From the NCBI GenBank assembly GCA_016866975.1, contig VGKP01000002.1, forward strand, positions 32,942 to 96,941: a DNA stretch of 64,000 bases, given 5' to 3'. A program made the translations under genes and the position numbers. Origin of the DNA: Candidatus Pacearchaeota archaeon. Its GTDB lineage: Archaea > Nanobdellota > Nanobdellia > Pacearchaeales > GW2011-AR1. The notes below the pieces were generated by a model that was given only the letters and a program-made list of their open reading frames with translations, had not been told where the DNA came from and ran no database searches. Below are positions 38,972 to 48,241 of the stretch, in pieces (the first letter of the stretch is position 1; the number at the start of each line of letters is the position of its first letter).

Positions 38972-40504
38972 ATGGAAAAGAAGCCTTCATCAGACTTGGA
39001 AAAGATTACAGATATGCTTTCTCCTATGGAAAGGAAGGTTGTACCTTATCTGAAATATTCAATTGAGGAGATAGAGAAAAAATCAGGGCTTGATAATGTT
39101 TCAGTGATGAGGGCCCTTAGGTTCATGGAAAATAAGGGATTGGTCAAAATAAAGGCTACCGAGCAGGCAGTCATAGATTTAGGCACTAATGGGATATATT
39201 ATAAAAAACATCATCTCCCGGAAAGGCAGCTTCTAACTTTGTTGGAGTCTCATGGAAACCTTAGTCTGGAAGAGACTAAGAAATTATCGAAACTTTCAGA
39301 TAATGAGTTCAAAGTTGCCCTCGGAGTATTGAAGAACAAGGCTCTTCTATCCATATCAAATGGAAGACTTTTATTGAATGCTTCAAAAGAAGAGTTGATG
39401 AAAAAATCTCTAGAAGAACAGTTTATTGAAATCTTGCCTATCGAGCAATCAAAGCTGTCTCCAGAATACTTACACGCTCTTGAACAATTGAAGAAGCGAA
39501 AGGACATTGTGCAGGTCAATGTAGTAAATTTAGTTTCGTTTTCTCTTACTTCTTTAGGCCATGAAATTGCAGGCAAAGATCTTGCATATGCATCTAATCT
39601 TATAGAAGAGGTTTCTCCAGAAGTAATCAGAGCTTGGTCAAAGGGAAAAAAGTTTAGGAAATATGACATCCAAGCTGCAGTCCCAAAGATTTCTGGTGGA
39701 AAGAGACATTTTGTCAACATCTCCATAAATAGGGCTAAAAGGATATGGATGGATCTCGGTTTTCAGGAGATGCAGGGCCCTCTTGTAGATTCATCCTTTT
39801 GGGTATTTGACGCGTTGTTTACTCCGCAGGATCATCCTGCCAGAGAAATGCAGGATACTTTTTTCATCAAAGGTGAGAAAGGAAAACTGCCCAGCAGCGA
39901 TGTGGTAAAGGATGTCAAAAAGGCCCACGAGTCAGGAGTCTCAGGAAGCAAAGGTTGGAGATATTCATGGAAGGAAGAAGAAGCCAGGAAAGTCCTTTTA
40001 AGGACACATACTACTTGCTTATCTGCCAGGACACTAGCATCATTGAGAGGAATAAAAAATAAGACTGGAAAATATTTCTCAGTAGGAAAATGTTTTAGGA
40101 ATGAGACTCTTGATTGGTCACACGGTTTTGAATTTAATCAGACAGATGGCATAGTAGTTTCAAAAGATACTAACTTTAGGAATCTCCTGGGATATTTAAA
40201 GGAATTTTTCACAAAGATGGGATTTGCAGAAATAAAGTTCATTCCATCTTTTTTTGCATATACTGAGCCAAGTGTAGAGATATACGGTTTTCACAAAGGC
40301 AATAAGAAGTGGATAGAGATTGGAGGAGCAGGCATATTTAGGCCAGAGGTTGTAGTCCCGTTGCTTGGAGAATATGTGCCTGTCCTTGCATGGGGACCAG
40401 GATTTGATAGAGTGATAATGGATAGATATGGTATCACTGACCTCCGAGAGATGTATGAGAACGATATTCAGAGATTAAGAGAAAAGAAGGAGGCCTTAGA
40501 CTGA
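38972..40504 (+). CDS. pheS: Phenylalanyl-tRNA synthetase alpha subunit (archaeal type)
   Basis: N-terminal wHTH repeats; FDALFTPQDHPAREMQDTF, LRTHTT, FRNE, EF.QTDG, FAYTEPS, EIGGAG. Confidence 0.96.
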   Translation: MEKKPSSDLEKITDMLSPMERKVVPYLKYSIEEIEKKSGLDNVSVMRALRFMENKGLVKIKATEQAVIDLGTNGIYYKKHHLPERQLLTLLESHGNLSLEETKKLSKLSDNEFKVALGVLKNKALLSISNGRLLLNASKEELMKKSLEEQFIEILPIEQSKLSPEYLHALEQLKKRKDIVQVNVVNLVSFSLTSLGHEIAGKDLAYASNLIEEVSPEVIRAWSKGKKFRKYDIQAAVPKISGGKRHFVNISINRAKRIWMDLGFQEMQGPLVDSSFWVFDALFTPQDHPAREMQDTFFIKGEKGKLPSSDVVKDVKKAHESGVSGSKGWRYSWKEEEARKVLLRTHTTCLSARTLASLRGIKNKTGKYFSVGKCFRNETLDWSHGFEFNQTDGIVVSKDTNFRNLLGYLKEFFTKMGFAEIKFIPSFFAYTEPSVEIYGFHKGNKKWIEIGGAGIFRPEVVVPLLGEYVPVLAWGPGFDRVIMDRYGITDLREMYENDIQRLREKKEALD

Positions 40505-42123
40505 TGGCTTCAGTAAAATTTCCGAGGAAAGAGTTTGAGAAAAATATCAAGCTGACCAAAGAGATAGAAGACAAGATTAATCTTTTTGGTACTCATGTTG
40601 AGTCATTGACCGACTCAGAGATAGAGATAGAAGTCTTGCCTAACCGTCCGGATCTTTTTTCTATGCAGGGTTACGTAAGGGCAATTTCTGCATTTATTGG
40701 TAAGAGTCCTGGCCTGAAAAAATACACTGTCTCATCTTCAGGAGAAAAATTGATTGTCAAAAAACCCCTTCCAAAGAATTGGGTATATGCATATGCTTGT
40801 ATAGTTAAAGGTGTCAAGTTTGATAATGAGAGGATAAAAGAAGTCATCCAAATCCAGGAGAAGTTAGGAGCAACTCTTCTGAGGAATAGAAAAAAAGGAG
40901 GTATTGGATTATATCCTCTTGACAAAATAAGTTTCCCAATAACTTTCAAGGGAATGAACCCAGATGAGATTATGTTTAGGCCACTCGAATATCCAGAGAT
41001 TATCACTGGAAGACAAGTGCTGGCCAGGCATCCAACTGGAAGAGAGTATGCGCATCTGGTATCAGACTGGGATGTTTTTCCAGTATTTGTTGATTCTAAA
41101 GGAGTGATTATGTCAATGCCTCCTATAATAAACGCACATGAAGTAGGCAAGATTGATGAGAATACCAAAAATGTATTTGTAGAATGTACAGGAACAGATC
41201 CTAATGTCATAAAAAAGGCCCTGATTATTCTATTGACAGCATTAGCAGAGATGGGGGGCAAAATACATTCGATAGAATGCACTCAACAGGACGGTGAGAA
41301 AGAATCATTTCCAGACTTGAGCCCTGAAAAGATGAAATTATCTCTAGATAATGCAAATAAACTTATAGGGTTGGATTTGAAAGAGAATGAGGTTGAGAGA
41401 TTTCTTGCTAAGATGGGTCATGATTATAAGAAAGGTACTGTCTCAGTAGCTCCATGGAGGACAGATGTATTACACGAGGTTGACCTCATTGAAGATATTG
41501 CAATTGCTTATGGTTATGATAAGATACAGCCTGAAATACCTAAAGTCTCTACGATAGGAGGAGAATCGAGAGCTAGTCAAATAAAATCAAAGATAGCAGA
41601 AGCCCTGATAGGGCTAGGATTTTTGGAGATTTCTTCTTATCATCTGGTTAAAGAAGACGAGATCAAAAGAAATAAAGGCTTGGAGAAGATAGAAGTTGAA
41701 GATTCAAAGACTGAATATAAGTACCTTCGCCCATCACTTCTTGTCCCTGCGCTGAGGATATTTTCAGAGAATAAGGACAATGAATACCCTCAGAAGATCT
41801 TCGAGATTGGTACTGTTTTTCTGAAGGACAACAAGATAGAGACAGGTATCGGAGAATCGAGTCATCTTATAGTTGCGTCTTCCCCTGCCAATTTTACTGA
41901 GTTGAAGCAAGTTCTGGAGTACTTATTCAGATCTTTCGGTATCAAGTGCAGTCTTAAGGAGTCAGTCAAAGACGGATTTATAGAAGGCAGAGTAGGAGAA
42001 GTCATATCAAATGGCAAGTCCATCGGAGTCATAGGGGAAATGCACCCAGAGACCTTAAGGGAATGGGGGATAAAGATGCCAATAGCATTTCTTGAGATAA
42101 ATCTAGATCCATTTCTCGCATAA
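40504..42123 (+). CDS. pheT: Phenylalanyl-tRNA synthetase beta subunit (archaeal type)
   Basis: NRPDL, MSMPPIINA, R.DVLHEVDLIEDIAIAYGY, LRPSL, FIEGR. Confidence 0.96.
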   Translation: MASVKFPRKEFEKNIKLTKEIEDKINLFGTHVESLTDSEIEIEVLPNRPDLFSMQGYVRAISAFIGKSPGLKKYTVSSSGEKLIVKKPLPKNWVYAYACIVKGVKFDNERIKEVIQIQEKLGATLLRNRKKGGIGLYPLDKISFPITFKGMNPDEIMFRPLEYPEIITGRQVLARHPTGREYAHLVSDWDVFPVFVDSKGVIMSMPPIINAHEVGKIDENTKNVFVECTGTDPNVIKKALIILLTALAEMGGKIHSIECTQQDGEKESFPDLSPEKMKLSLDNANKLIGLDLKENEVERFLAKMGHDYKKGTVSVAPWRTDVLHEVDLIEDIAIAYGYDKIQPEIPKVSTIGGESRASQIKSKIAEALIGLGFLEISSYHLVKEDEIKRNKGLEKIEVEDSKTEYKYLRPSLLVPALRIFSENKDNEYPQKIFEIGTVFLKDNKIETGIGESSHLIVASSPANFTELKQVLEYLFRSFGIKCSLKESVKDGFIEGRVGEVISNGKSIGVIGEMHPETLREWGIKMPIAFLEINLDPFLA

Positions 42124-42124
42124 G

Positions 42125-42421
42125 ATGTCCAAAGATATCACTTCTCACTATTATGAAAAGCTCTGTAAGACATTTGATAAATGGAGGTTAGGTGGAGAAC
42201 AGACACATATTATTTGCTTTCATTTAAGTGAACTTGCCGAATTCTCTTCAAAGTATAAGAGGATTATTGATGATATCATCAAGCAACCAACTAAAAAGAT
42301 GTTTCTTAAAAAATTGGAGTATTTTCACGGAGTATTAATGGAGAGACATGAAGTGAATTATCACCTTATTCCCGCAGATAATTTTTTAAGCGCTTGGTTC
42401 AAGAAGCTCGAAGATCTTTAA
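42125..42421 (+). CDS. AT-rich hypothetical protein
   Basis: 98 aa, starts 1 nt after the pheT stop. Confidence 0.55.
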   Translation: MSKDITSHYYEKLCKTFDKWRLGGEQTHIICFHLSELAEFSSKYKRIIDDIIKQPTKKMFLKKLEYFHGVLMERHEVNYHLIPADNFLSAWFKKLEDL

Positions 42422-42462
42422 TTCTATTCCAAAACCCTCCTATTTAAATAAAGGTTATTAAA

Positions 42463-42930
42463 TCAACCGAAGTAATTTCTCTCTTTTTTTGTCGATGTGG
42501 AAGGTGGTATTCTTATTGTATCTATGACTTGTATTAATGAGGGTTTCACGCTTTTCCATACAGAATAGATTTCTTTTATCGCATCGCATTCTTTCTTCTC
42601 GTTTGAGTCTATCTCGAGACTTAGTGATGTGAGGCTTAATGCACCAAGCTGGTCGTAAATCTTGATAAGGTTCTCCTTGTCTTTCATACTCATTGTCCTG
42701 AAATAGGGCTGGTATATTCTGGGCGCGTTCATCTGGTTGATAAGCATATCTAGCCAGGAAACGGAATTAAGGATTTTATCCATCATGATTTTTCGGATAT
42801 TCTTTGCAAGAAGTTCAGTGTCATCGTCTATCTTCTCTATGTCAAATGAAGAATTTAGTTCTGAGAATGTAGACAACTTGTATTTCTTTTCCAGTACAGC
42901 ATATTCATTTTTCAATTTTTCAATGTCCAT
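42463..42930 (-). CDS. Hypothetical protein
   Basis: 155-aa helical ORF. Confidence 0.7.
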   Translation of the reverse strand: MDIEKLKNEYAVLEKKYKLSTFSELNSSFDIEKIDDDTELLAKNIRKIMMDKILNSVSWLDMLINQMNAPRIYQPYFRTMSMKDKENLIKIYDQLGALSLTSLSLEIDSNEKKECDAIKEIYSVWKSVKPSLIQVIDTIRIPPSTSTKKERNYFG

Positions 42931-43043
42931 CTAATCTTAAGAAATTTTGGGTTTTTATATATGGTGGTGGACTGAAGTATTTTACCGCCACCATATTCGC
43001 GGGATATAAGTGGATAACTAAAAATTTACGTCCCGCGCTATAT

Positions 43044-43364
43044 TCACTTGGGAGTACCTGTACCTCTTAGGCTGCTTAGAGATATCGTTGGAAAATTTAA
43101 TCTTCTCCCGCTAGATTCAGCTTGATTATAATCTCCCCTAATCATCTGAGGCGCTTTGTAACCTCTGGCTCCAGCAATTGCAGCAATGTAGCTCTGTGCA
43201 TCCATTCCTCCCGCTCTTAGGCCTCCAGAATAATTTGATCTTGATGAGAATACAGGCACTCGAGGAAGGACATAAGTGTCTTCAGGCAATGGCCTCTCAT
43301 AACTCCCTGTTCTGGGAGCCTCATTGAAATCATGCAATCTTTGATTTGAAGGGATGTAATTCAT
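43044..43364 (-). CDS. Hypothetical protein (low complexity)
   Basis: 106-aa ORF with TATA-like element upstream. Confidence 0.5.
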   Translation of the reverse strand: MNYIPSNQRLHDFNEAPRTGSYERPLPEDTYVLPRVPVFSSRSNYSGGLRAGGMDAQSYIAAIAGARGYKAPQMIRGDYNQAESSGRRLNFPTISLSSLRGTGTPK

Positions 43365-43447
43365 ATAAAATCAACTTATGCTGGATTTTTAAATTTTTCT
43401 AAATGCGATCGACTCCTATCTAATCTATCGATAGACAGTTCGGTTAT

Positions 43448-43567
43448 GTCGCGAATTAGGTTGAAAACTACATTCTTTAGGGCGCAGATGAATTCGCGAG
43501 CATGTCTAAAAACGAGCGCTGCAACAAACAATACCCTTTAAGGTATGGTGCGCATTGTTTTTATGAT
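43448..43567 (+). mobile_element. Strongly diverged PATE-like element, copy 5 (120 bp)
   Basis: TTAT|gtcgcgaatt...aattcgcgagcat...aaacgagcgc...caaa...ttaTGAT; same length as the core. Confidence 0.72.
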
Positions 43568-43569
43568 CT

Positions 43570-43953
43570 TCAAAAAGCTTCTTTCCAAGGGAAAGGAAAA
43601 AGTTCTTTAAGTTTTACTTTCTGCTTCTTTGATACAATTACTCAAGTATTTTCTAGATTTTTCTCGCTCATATCATACATAATTTCTCTGCAAATCCCGC
43701 ACGGAGGGATAACTTTATCTTTGTAAACTGCCACAATAGTTTTTATCTCTCTTTCATCAGGCATCATTTTAAAAAAGGCAGTTCTTTCTGCACAAATTCC
43801 AGTTTGGATATCTTCCATACTCATTCCCTAGAAAATATTTCCTTTACTTGTTAATACAATAGCAGATACAGAATGTTTTTTTGAAACATATTTATTCTTT
43901 CCAAGATTTTCTGCTTTTTGAATTAATTCTTTATCCTCTTTTGTTAATTTCAT
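43570..43953 (-). pseudogene. Cytidine deaminase family pseudogene (two in-frame stops)
   Basis: Hand translation: ...SKGNIF*GMS...ICAERTA...PPCGICRE...NT*VIV...LKELFPFPW. Confidence 0.85.
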
Positions 43954-44275
43954 CTTTCAATAAAGAATTAATGATTTATAATTTTATCTTTCAACAATTA
44001 CACTACTAAATCAACTGAGCCAAAGGTGAAGACTATCTCTTTTCTCTCAGAAAGAACCGTACGTGCCTCCCAGTTTTAACTCAAAGTACCTAAGAAAAGA
44101 CAATAAACTACTCCTATTTTTTTCACAGAAAAGGCTTTTAAAGGGCGGAGAATAGAAATATGTATGGAATTAAAGTGCCAACCTACAGGAAGGAATTCAA
44201 TCACCTTTAGTTGGTACTTCCATATGGCATAAGAGAGTATCTCTATACCAAATTAAACTTTTCTGATACCCTCTT

Positions 44276-44596
44276 ATGAAATCAACTTCTAAATTTAGTT
44301 CTGCATCTGAATGCTCTTCGGTGACATCGTGTTTTTTGGCTATTGCCAGCCGAAAGTTAAACCGTAGAGAAAAATTAGTCTTAGGTCTAATTGCTTCTTC
44401 TGAGGAGAAGAGGACAGCAACCAAGACGGCTCAATCTCTAGCTGAGCAGCTGCAATGCGCAGAGTCTACTATCTGGGCGACTCTCAGGTCTTTGCGTTCC
44501 CTAGGCCTTGTAGTCTGCGAGCAGGAACAAGAAGCACTTACTCTCTCAAGGACAGCCAAGATTTTCATAAAGAGTAATGGGGTGCAACATGCTTGA
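44276..44596 (+). CDS. Winged-HTH protein
   Basis: TATKTAQSLAEQLQCAESTIWATLRSLRSLGLV; start uncertain. Confidence 0.65.
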   Translation: MKSTSKFSSASECSSVTSCFLAIASRKLNRREKLVLGLIASSEEKRTATKTAQSLAEQLQCAESTIWATLRSLRSLGLVVCEQEQEALTLSRTAKIFIKSNGVQHA

Positions 44597-44779
44597 CCTC
44601 AATCTAGTTGAAAGAGTAGCAGGGCTTATCTCAAGAAATGCCCTAAAAATGGGGATTTCAAAAATCCTCTACTGAGACGACAACGGAAAATGGTGGTGAG
44701 CGGCGAAAACACTTAAATTTGTTACTTAATAAAGGCAACATATGGAAAGATTTAAATAACAAATAAAAAACGATAAAGT

Positions 44780-45418
44780 ATGAATGATGTAGTTTACCAC
44801 GCATCACCAAAGCAAGGACTTGGTGTAATCAATCCTCTTTCAGACAATAAGAATGGTAGAAAAGTAGTATGTGCTTCAAAGGACGAAGTTATTGCATCAT
44901 TATTTCTTGGAAGAACTGGTGGAGATTATACTTGCTGTTTAGGAAGAGAAATAATTTTTAATATTCCTTATTTAGTTGAAAGATTCCCTGGGGCTTTCAG
45001 ATTGAAATATAATATTCCAGCATCATTGTATGAACTTCCATCATCAACTTTTTTTAATGATGGCTCAACTTGGGATGATGAAGTTATTTCACATGAGCCA
45101 GTAAAACCTGTCAGAGAAAATAAAATTGTTAATGCTGGAGAACATCTATTGCATCTAGAAACACAAGGCAAGTTACATATTTACCTATATCTCCATAGAA
45201 TAGCAGCAATTCCGGATGATGATTCAGATTTAGTTGAAAAATCTTTAATGTGGGCAAAATCTAAAGGGTTAGATGAAGTGTTAAAACAAGTAAGAAGATT
45301 TCATCCAGGGCTTGTTGATAGAATTAAACAAGAATGGATTGCATTAAAAAAAATTAAACTATTCTCTTTAAAACCAGGTTTCTTACACAAAAATAAAAAA
45401 GCCTCCGCCGAGAATTGA
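44780..45418 (+). CDS. AT-rich hypothetical protein, possible ADP-ribosyltransferase-like fold; 3' end overlaps tRNA-Thr
   Basis: VVYHASP...VCAS...DEVIS pattern; stop lies 18 nt inside the antisense tRNA. Confidence 0.55.
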   Translation: MNDVVYHASPKQGLGVINPLSDNKNGRKVVCASKDEVIASLFLGRTGGDYTCCLGREIIFNIPYLVERFPGAFRLKYNIPASLYELPSSTFFNDGSTWDDEVISHEPVKPVRENKIVNAGEHLLHLETQGKLHIYLYLHRIAAIPDDDSDLVEKSLMWAKSKGLDEVLKQVRRFHPGLVDRIKQEWIALKKIKLFSLKPGFLHKNKKASAEN

Positions 45419-45472
45419 ACTCGGGACCCCCACCTTACCAAGGTGGTACTCTACCGGCTGAGCTACGGAGGC
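45400..45472 (-). tRNA. tRNA-Thr(GGT)
   Basis: GCCTCCG/CGGAGGC; CACCT-T-GGT-A-AGGTG; GTTCAATTC. Confidence 0.93.
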
Positions 45473-45511
45473 ATATGGACAATGTAAAAATCAAGATATA
45501 AAAAGTCTCTG

Positions 45512-45709
45512 TTAAGGCAGCCAATCAAGCTTTAGCGCATTTCCTGTAATTGTGGCTGCCTGTGAGACAAGCTTAATGATCCAAAGACTATATTTCTCTA
45601 TGAAGACATTTCTTTCATCTGTTTTTTGCACATGTAATCCTTCATTACTTATTATAAAGAAACCTCCCAGGAGAAGAAATGTTATCAGTAGAAGCGAGAC
45701 TAATCTCAT
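45512..45709 (-). CDS. Small membrane protein
   Basis: 65 aa with hydrophobic N-terminus; coupled to the upstream ORF (ATGA). Confidence 0.65.
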   Translation of the reverse strand: MRLVSLLLITFLLLGGFFIISNEGLHVQKTDERNVFIEKYSLWIIKLVSQAATITGNALKLDWLP

Positions 45710-46035
45710 GATTCTATCACTGTCTCATTGCTTTGATCCCGAGGTATTGCTTGCCAGTCTTGCTGTACGGCATAAGAAGACACTTTACCAAGATTTGAGA
45801 ATATTGTGCCGATCCATTTGAAATAAAGTTGACCTGCCTCTGCAATCCCATCAAAAGAAGTCAAGTCAACATCATTGTTAAAATAAACTACTACTGCCGA
45901 ACCCACAAGAAGAAGCAGAAATATCGCTATAATCATATGGGTGGCTCTATGTCTTACTTCTCTGAATCTTAAGAAGACAAATACTATGAGTGCCGCAACA
46001 ATTATCAATGTCCAGTTCATTTTCACCTCATTCAA
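45706..46035 (-). CDS. Small membrane protein
   Basis: 109 aa, two TMs, GAGGTGA SD. Confidence 0.7.
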   Translation of the reverse strand: MNEVKMNWTLIIVAALIVFVFLRFREVRHRATHMIIAIFLLLLVGSAVVVYFNNDVDLTSFDGIAEAGQLYFKWIGTIFSNLGKVSSYAVQQDWQAIPRDQSNETVIES

Positions 46036-46104
46036 TTAAGGAGTGACTAATTATATAAAAATCTTTCTTTACCTGTAAATTATTCACATAAATGCTTTTA
46101 AGTC

Positions 46105-46742
46105 ATGGTTTCCTTAAAAGTATGGATGGGAGTCACAGGAAATCCGCTAAATTTGGGAGTTCTAGAGAAAAGAGTCAAAGACATGGTTGTTGGAGAGAAA
46201 GGATTTATCGAGTATAGGGCAATCTGTTTTATTGAAGGCCAGGTACATTGTCTGAATTTATGTGCAAATGTATATCCAAATTTTAGACAAAAGAAGGGCA
46301 TGCCTATAGAAAGGATTGGAAAGAGAAAAATTGATTATGTCAAGGAACTTGACTAAAACTCCAGCTTTTAAGCTGGAGTTGTTCCTTGAGCATCCAAACC
46401 TCAAGAATATTCTATTCTTGATGGCATCCAAGAACAATGTTCTTGGTGAAACGAGCGCCTGCATCAAACTGCGGCTTTTAAGCCTCAGTGGCGCATCGTT
46501 TTTTTGATGATATTGATCTCAGGCTCGCCAAGCATACATGGTCTATCTGTGAGTATCCTTTTGGAGACCATGACTGGGACATTAATCCTGATATTGTGCG
46601 TCTCAGATATAATGGTGAATGTAAGAAGAGAAAGCACAGGACATTGCAACAACAGCTCTCCAGTGCAGTCAGAAATGAAAACTACGAGAAGGCGGCTGTT
46701 ATAAGGGACAGAATAAATGCAAGATCTAAAAATAAGGATTAG
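46105..46742 (+). pseudogene. UvrB/UvrC (UVR) motif protein split by element copy 6
   Basis: 46105-46338 + 46509-46742 join in frame (KRKIDY-DIDLRL), giving 155 aa ending LQQQLSSAVRNENYEKAAVIRDRI. Confidence 0.82.
46339..46508 (+). mobile_element. PATE-like element copy 6 (170 bp = 120 + 50-bp insert at 46399-46448)
   Basis: TTAT/TGAT ends; precise insertion in a CDS. Confidence 0.87.
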
Positions 46743-46778
46743 AAAGTTTTAAAACACATGTTCTCTTTCGAGGCTTAT

Positions 46779-46851
46779 AGCCCCGTCGTATAGCGGTCAA
46801 GTATCCGGGACTCTGGCTCCCGGGACCCAGGTTCGAATCCTGGCGGGGCTA
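46779..46851 (+). tRNA. tRNA-Gln(CTG)
   Basis: AGCCCCG/CGGGGCT (A1:U72); CGGGA-CT-CTG-GC-TCCCG; GTTCGAATC. Confidence 0.93.
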
Positions 46852-46863
46852 TATTAAAAAAGC

Positions 46864-47424
46864 ATGGCAGGACTTTCAGATATTTTCAAGTTTAGGTATC
46901 CAAAGCTGACTCTATTGGCTTTTTCAGCACTGCTTGCTTATTACATCTTTACCTATGCAATTAATCAGGATTCTATCCAAGGCATTAATTCATTAGGCTA
47001 TCTTGGAGCATTTGCGGCAGGAGTCCTATTCTCATTTGGATTTACCACTCCATTTGCCATAGGTATATTCATAACGATAGGCTATGACAATATTTTTCTC
47101 ACTGCAATCGTAGGAGGAGCAGGGGCATTGCTGTCAGATTTGCTTATATTCAGGATTATAAAGGTGTCTTTTATGGATGAGTTTAAGCAACTAAGCAAAT
47201 CACCTCCTTTTAAGGTCATTTCAAACCTAATTGAAAAGGATCTTTCTAAAAAGATCAAAATCTATCTTCTTTATGCTATGGCAGGGATAATAATCGCATC
47301 GCCTCTTCCTGATGAGGTGGGAGTGAGCTTGCTTGCAGGATTAACAACAATAAGAATAGAGAAACTGGCAATCATAAGCTTCCTCATGAACACTTTAGGG
47401 ATATTTATCCTCTTGATGATATAA
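46864..47424 (+). CDS. Membrane protein
   Basis: About five TMs; IASPLPDE.G motif. Confidence 0.75.
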   Translation: MAGLSDIFKFRYPKLTLLAFSALLAYYIFTYAINQDSIQGINSLGYLGAFAAGVLFSFGFTTPFAIGIFITIGYDNIFLTAIVGGAGALLSDLLIFRIIKVSFMDEFKQLSKSPPFKVISNLIEKDLSKKIKIYLLYAMAGIIIASPLPDEVGVSLLAGLTTIRIEKLAIISFLMNTLGIFILLMI

Positions 47425-47508
47425 AGAAGAAGGCAATATCATTGCTTGAATAAGCTGAAGAATACTAAAGAGTAACTCTTTTAAACCATCTTCTCTCTGT
47501 CCATATAT

Positions 47509-47697
47509 GCCCTTGTAGTCTAGCAGTCAAGGACGAGGCCCTCTCGCATCGCCGAAGTTTAAGTCGTCGAGACAATAACTTCAGTCCATCTTCGGACAGG
47601 CACTGTATTTGTTGAAGCCCACAAGGTTTCGCGCCAGTGTCTCATATAGAGACAGTGGAGAACGGCCTAAACCCGGGTGCGAATCCCGGCAGGGGCA
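47509..47697 (+). tRNA. tRNA-Glu(CTC) with a long 116-nt intron (47547-47662)
   Basis: GCCCTTG/CAGGGGC; AGGCC-CT-CTC-G^C-GGCCT; intron 3' GGAG pairs with the anticodon loop; TATA at 47479-47486. Confidence 0.85.
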
Positions 47698-47868
47698 TTC
47701 TTGTTTTGAATGAAACGAAAAACAGGTGCAACTGACGGCACTAAGAATTCACTCAATACCTTTTCGAATAGGGTCTTTTTTACAATGGTATCCGTACGGT
47801 TCAGACAAATTGTCTTAAACGCCCTTCTCTAAAGAAAGGTTTATAAGAATAATATTTAGTGATTTCTC

Positions 47869-48240
47869 ATGGAAGTTAAAGGTTTAGAACGGACATATAA
47901 AGAGAAAGTTGCCCACATAGAGGGAGCCAGAAAAGACTCCTTACCTGCATTGATAGGAAGGGACGATAGAGAAGGAATAGTAAATTATTTTCTACCTAAT
48001 GTAGTCATGATAGCAAACAAATACCGAGAAGATGTACCTGGAATCGATGTTATGGACATAATTGGAGGTAGATCATCAGCCATCTTTGACGTTGACGACA
48101 TTCACGAATTTATAGAAAAATGTGAAAAGCAAAGTGTCCAGATCGTAATTAGACCAGTAAAACAGTTTTGGGGTAGTTGGAATGCAGTGATTGCTGATCC
48201 AGATGGAAACGAGTTCATCATAGATCAAGAGGAAGCATAA
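47869..48240 (+). CDS. Chimeric ORF: sigma-70 region-2-like N-terminal part fused to a VOC/glyoxalase C-terminal half
   Basis: REGIVNYFLPNVVMIANKY...DVMDII, then SAIFDVDDI...QFWGSWNAVIADPDGNEF. Confidence 0.6.
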   Translation: MEVKGLERTYKEKVAHIEGARKDSLPALIGRDDREGIVNYFLPNVVMIANKYREDVPGIDVMDIIGGRSSAIFDVDDIHEFIEKCEKQSVQIVIRPVKQFWGSWNAVIADPDGNEFIIDQEEA

Positions 48241-48241
48241 G

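Noticed and set aside
43570-43953. Stop-codon reassignment (TGA=Trp or TAG read-through)
   Set aside because: Many intact genes here end in TGA or TAG, Trp is encoded by TGG with a CCA tRNA, and two different stops occur in one gene.
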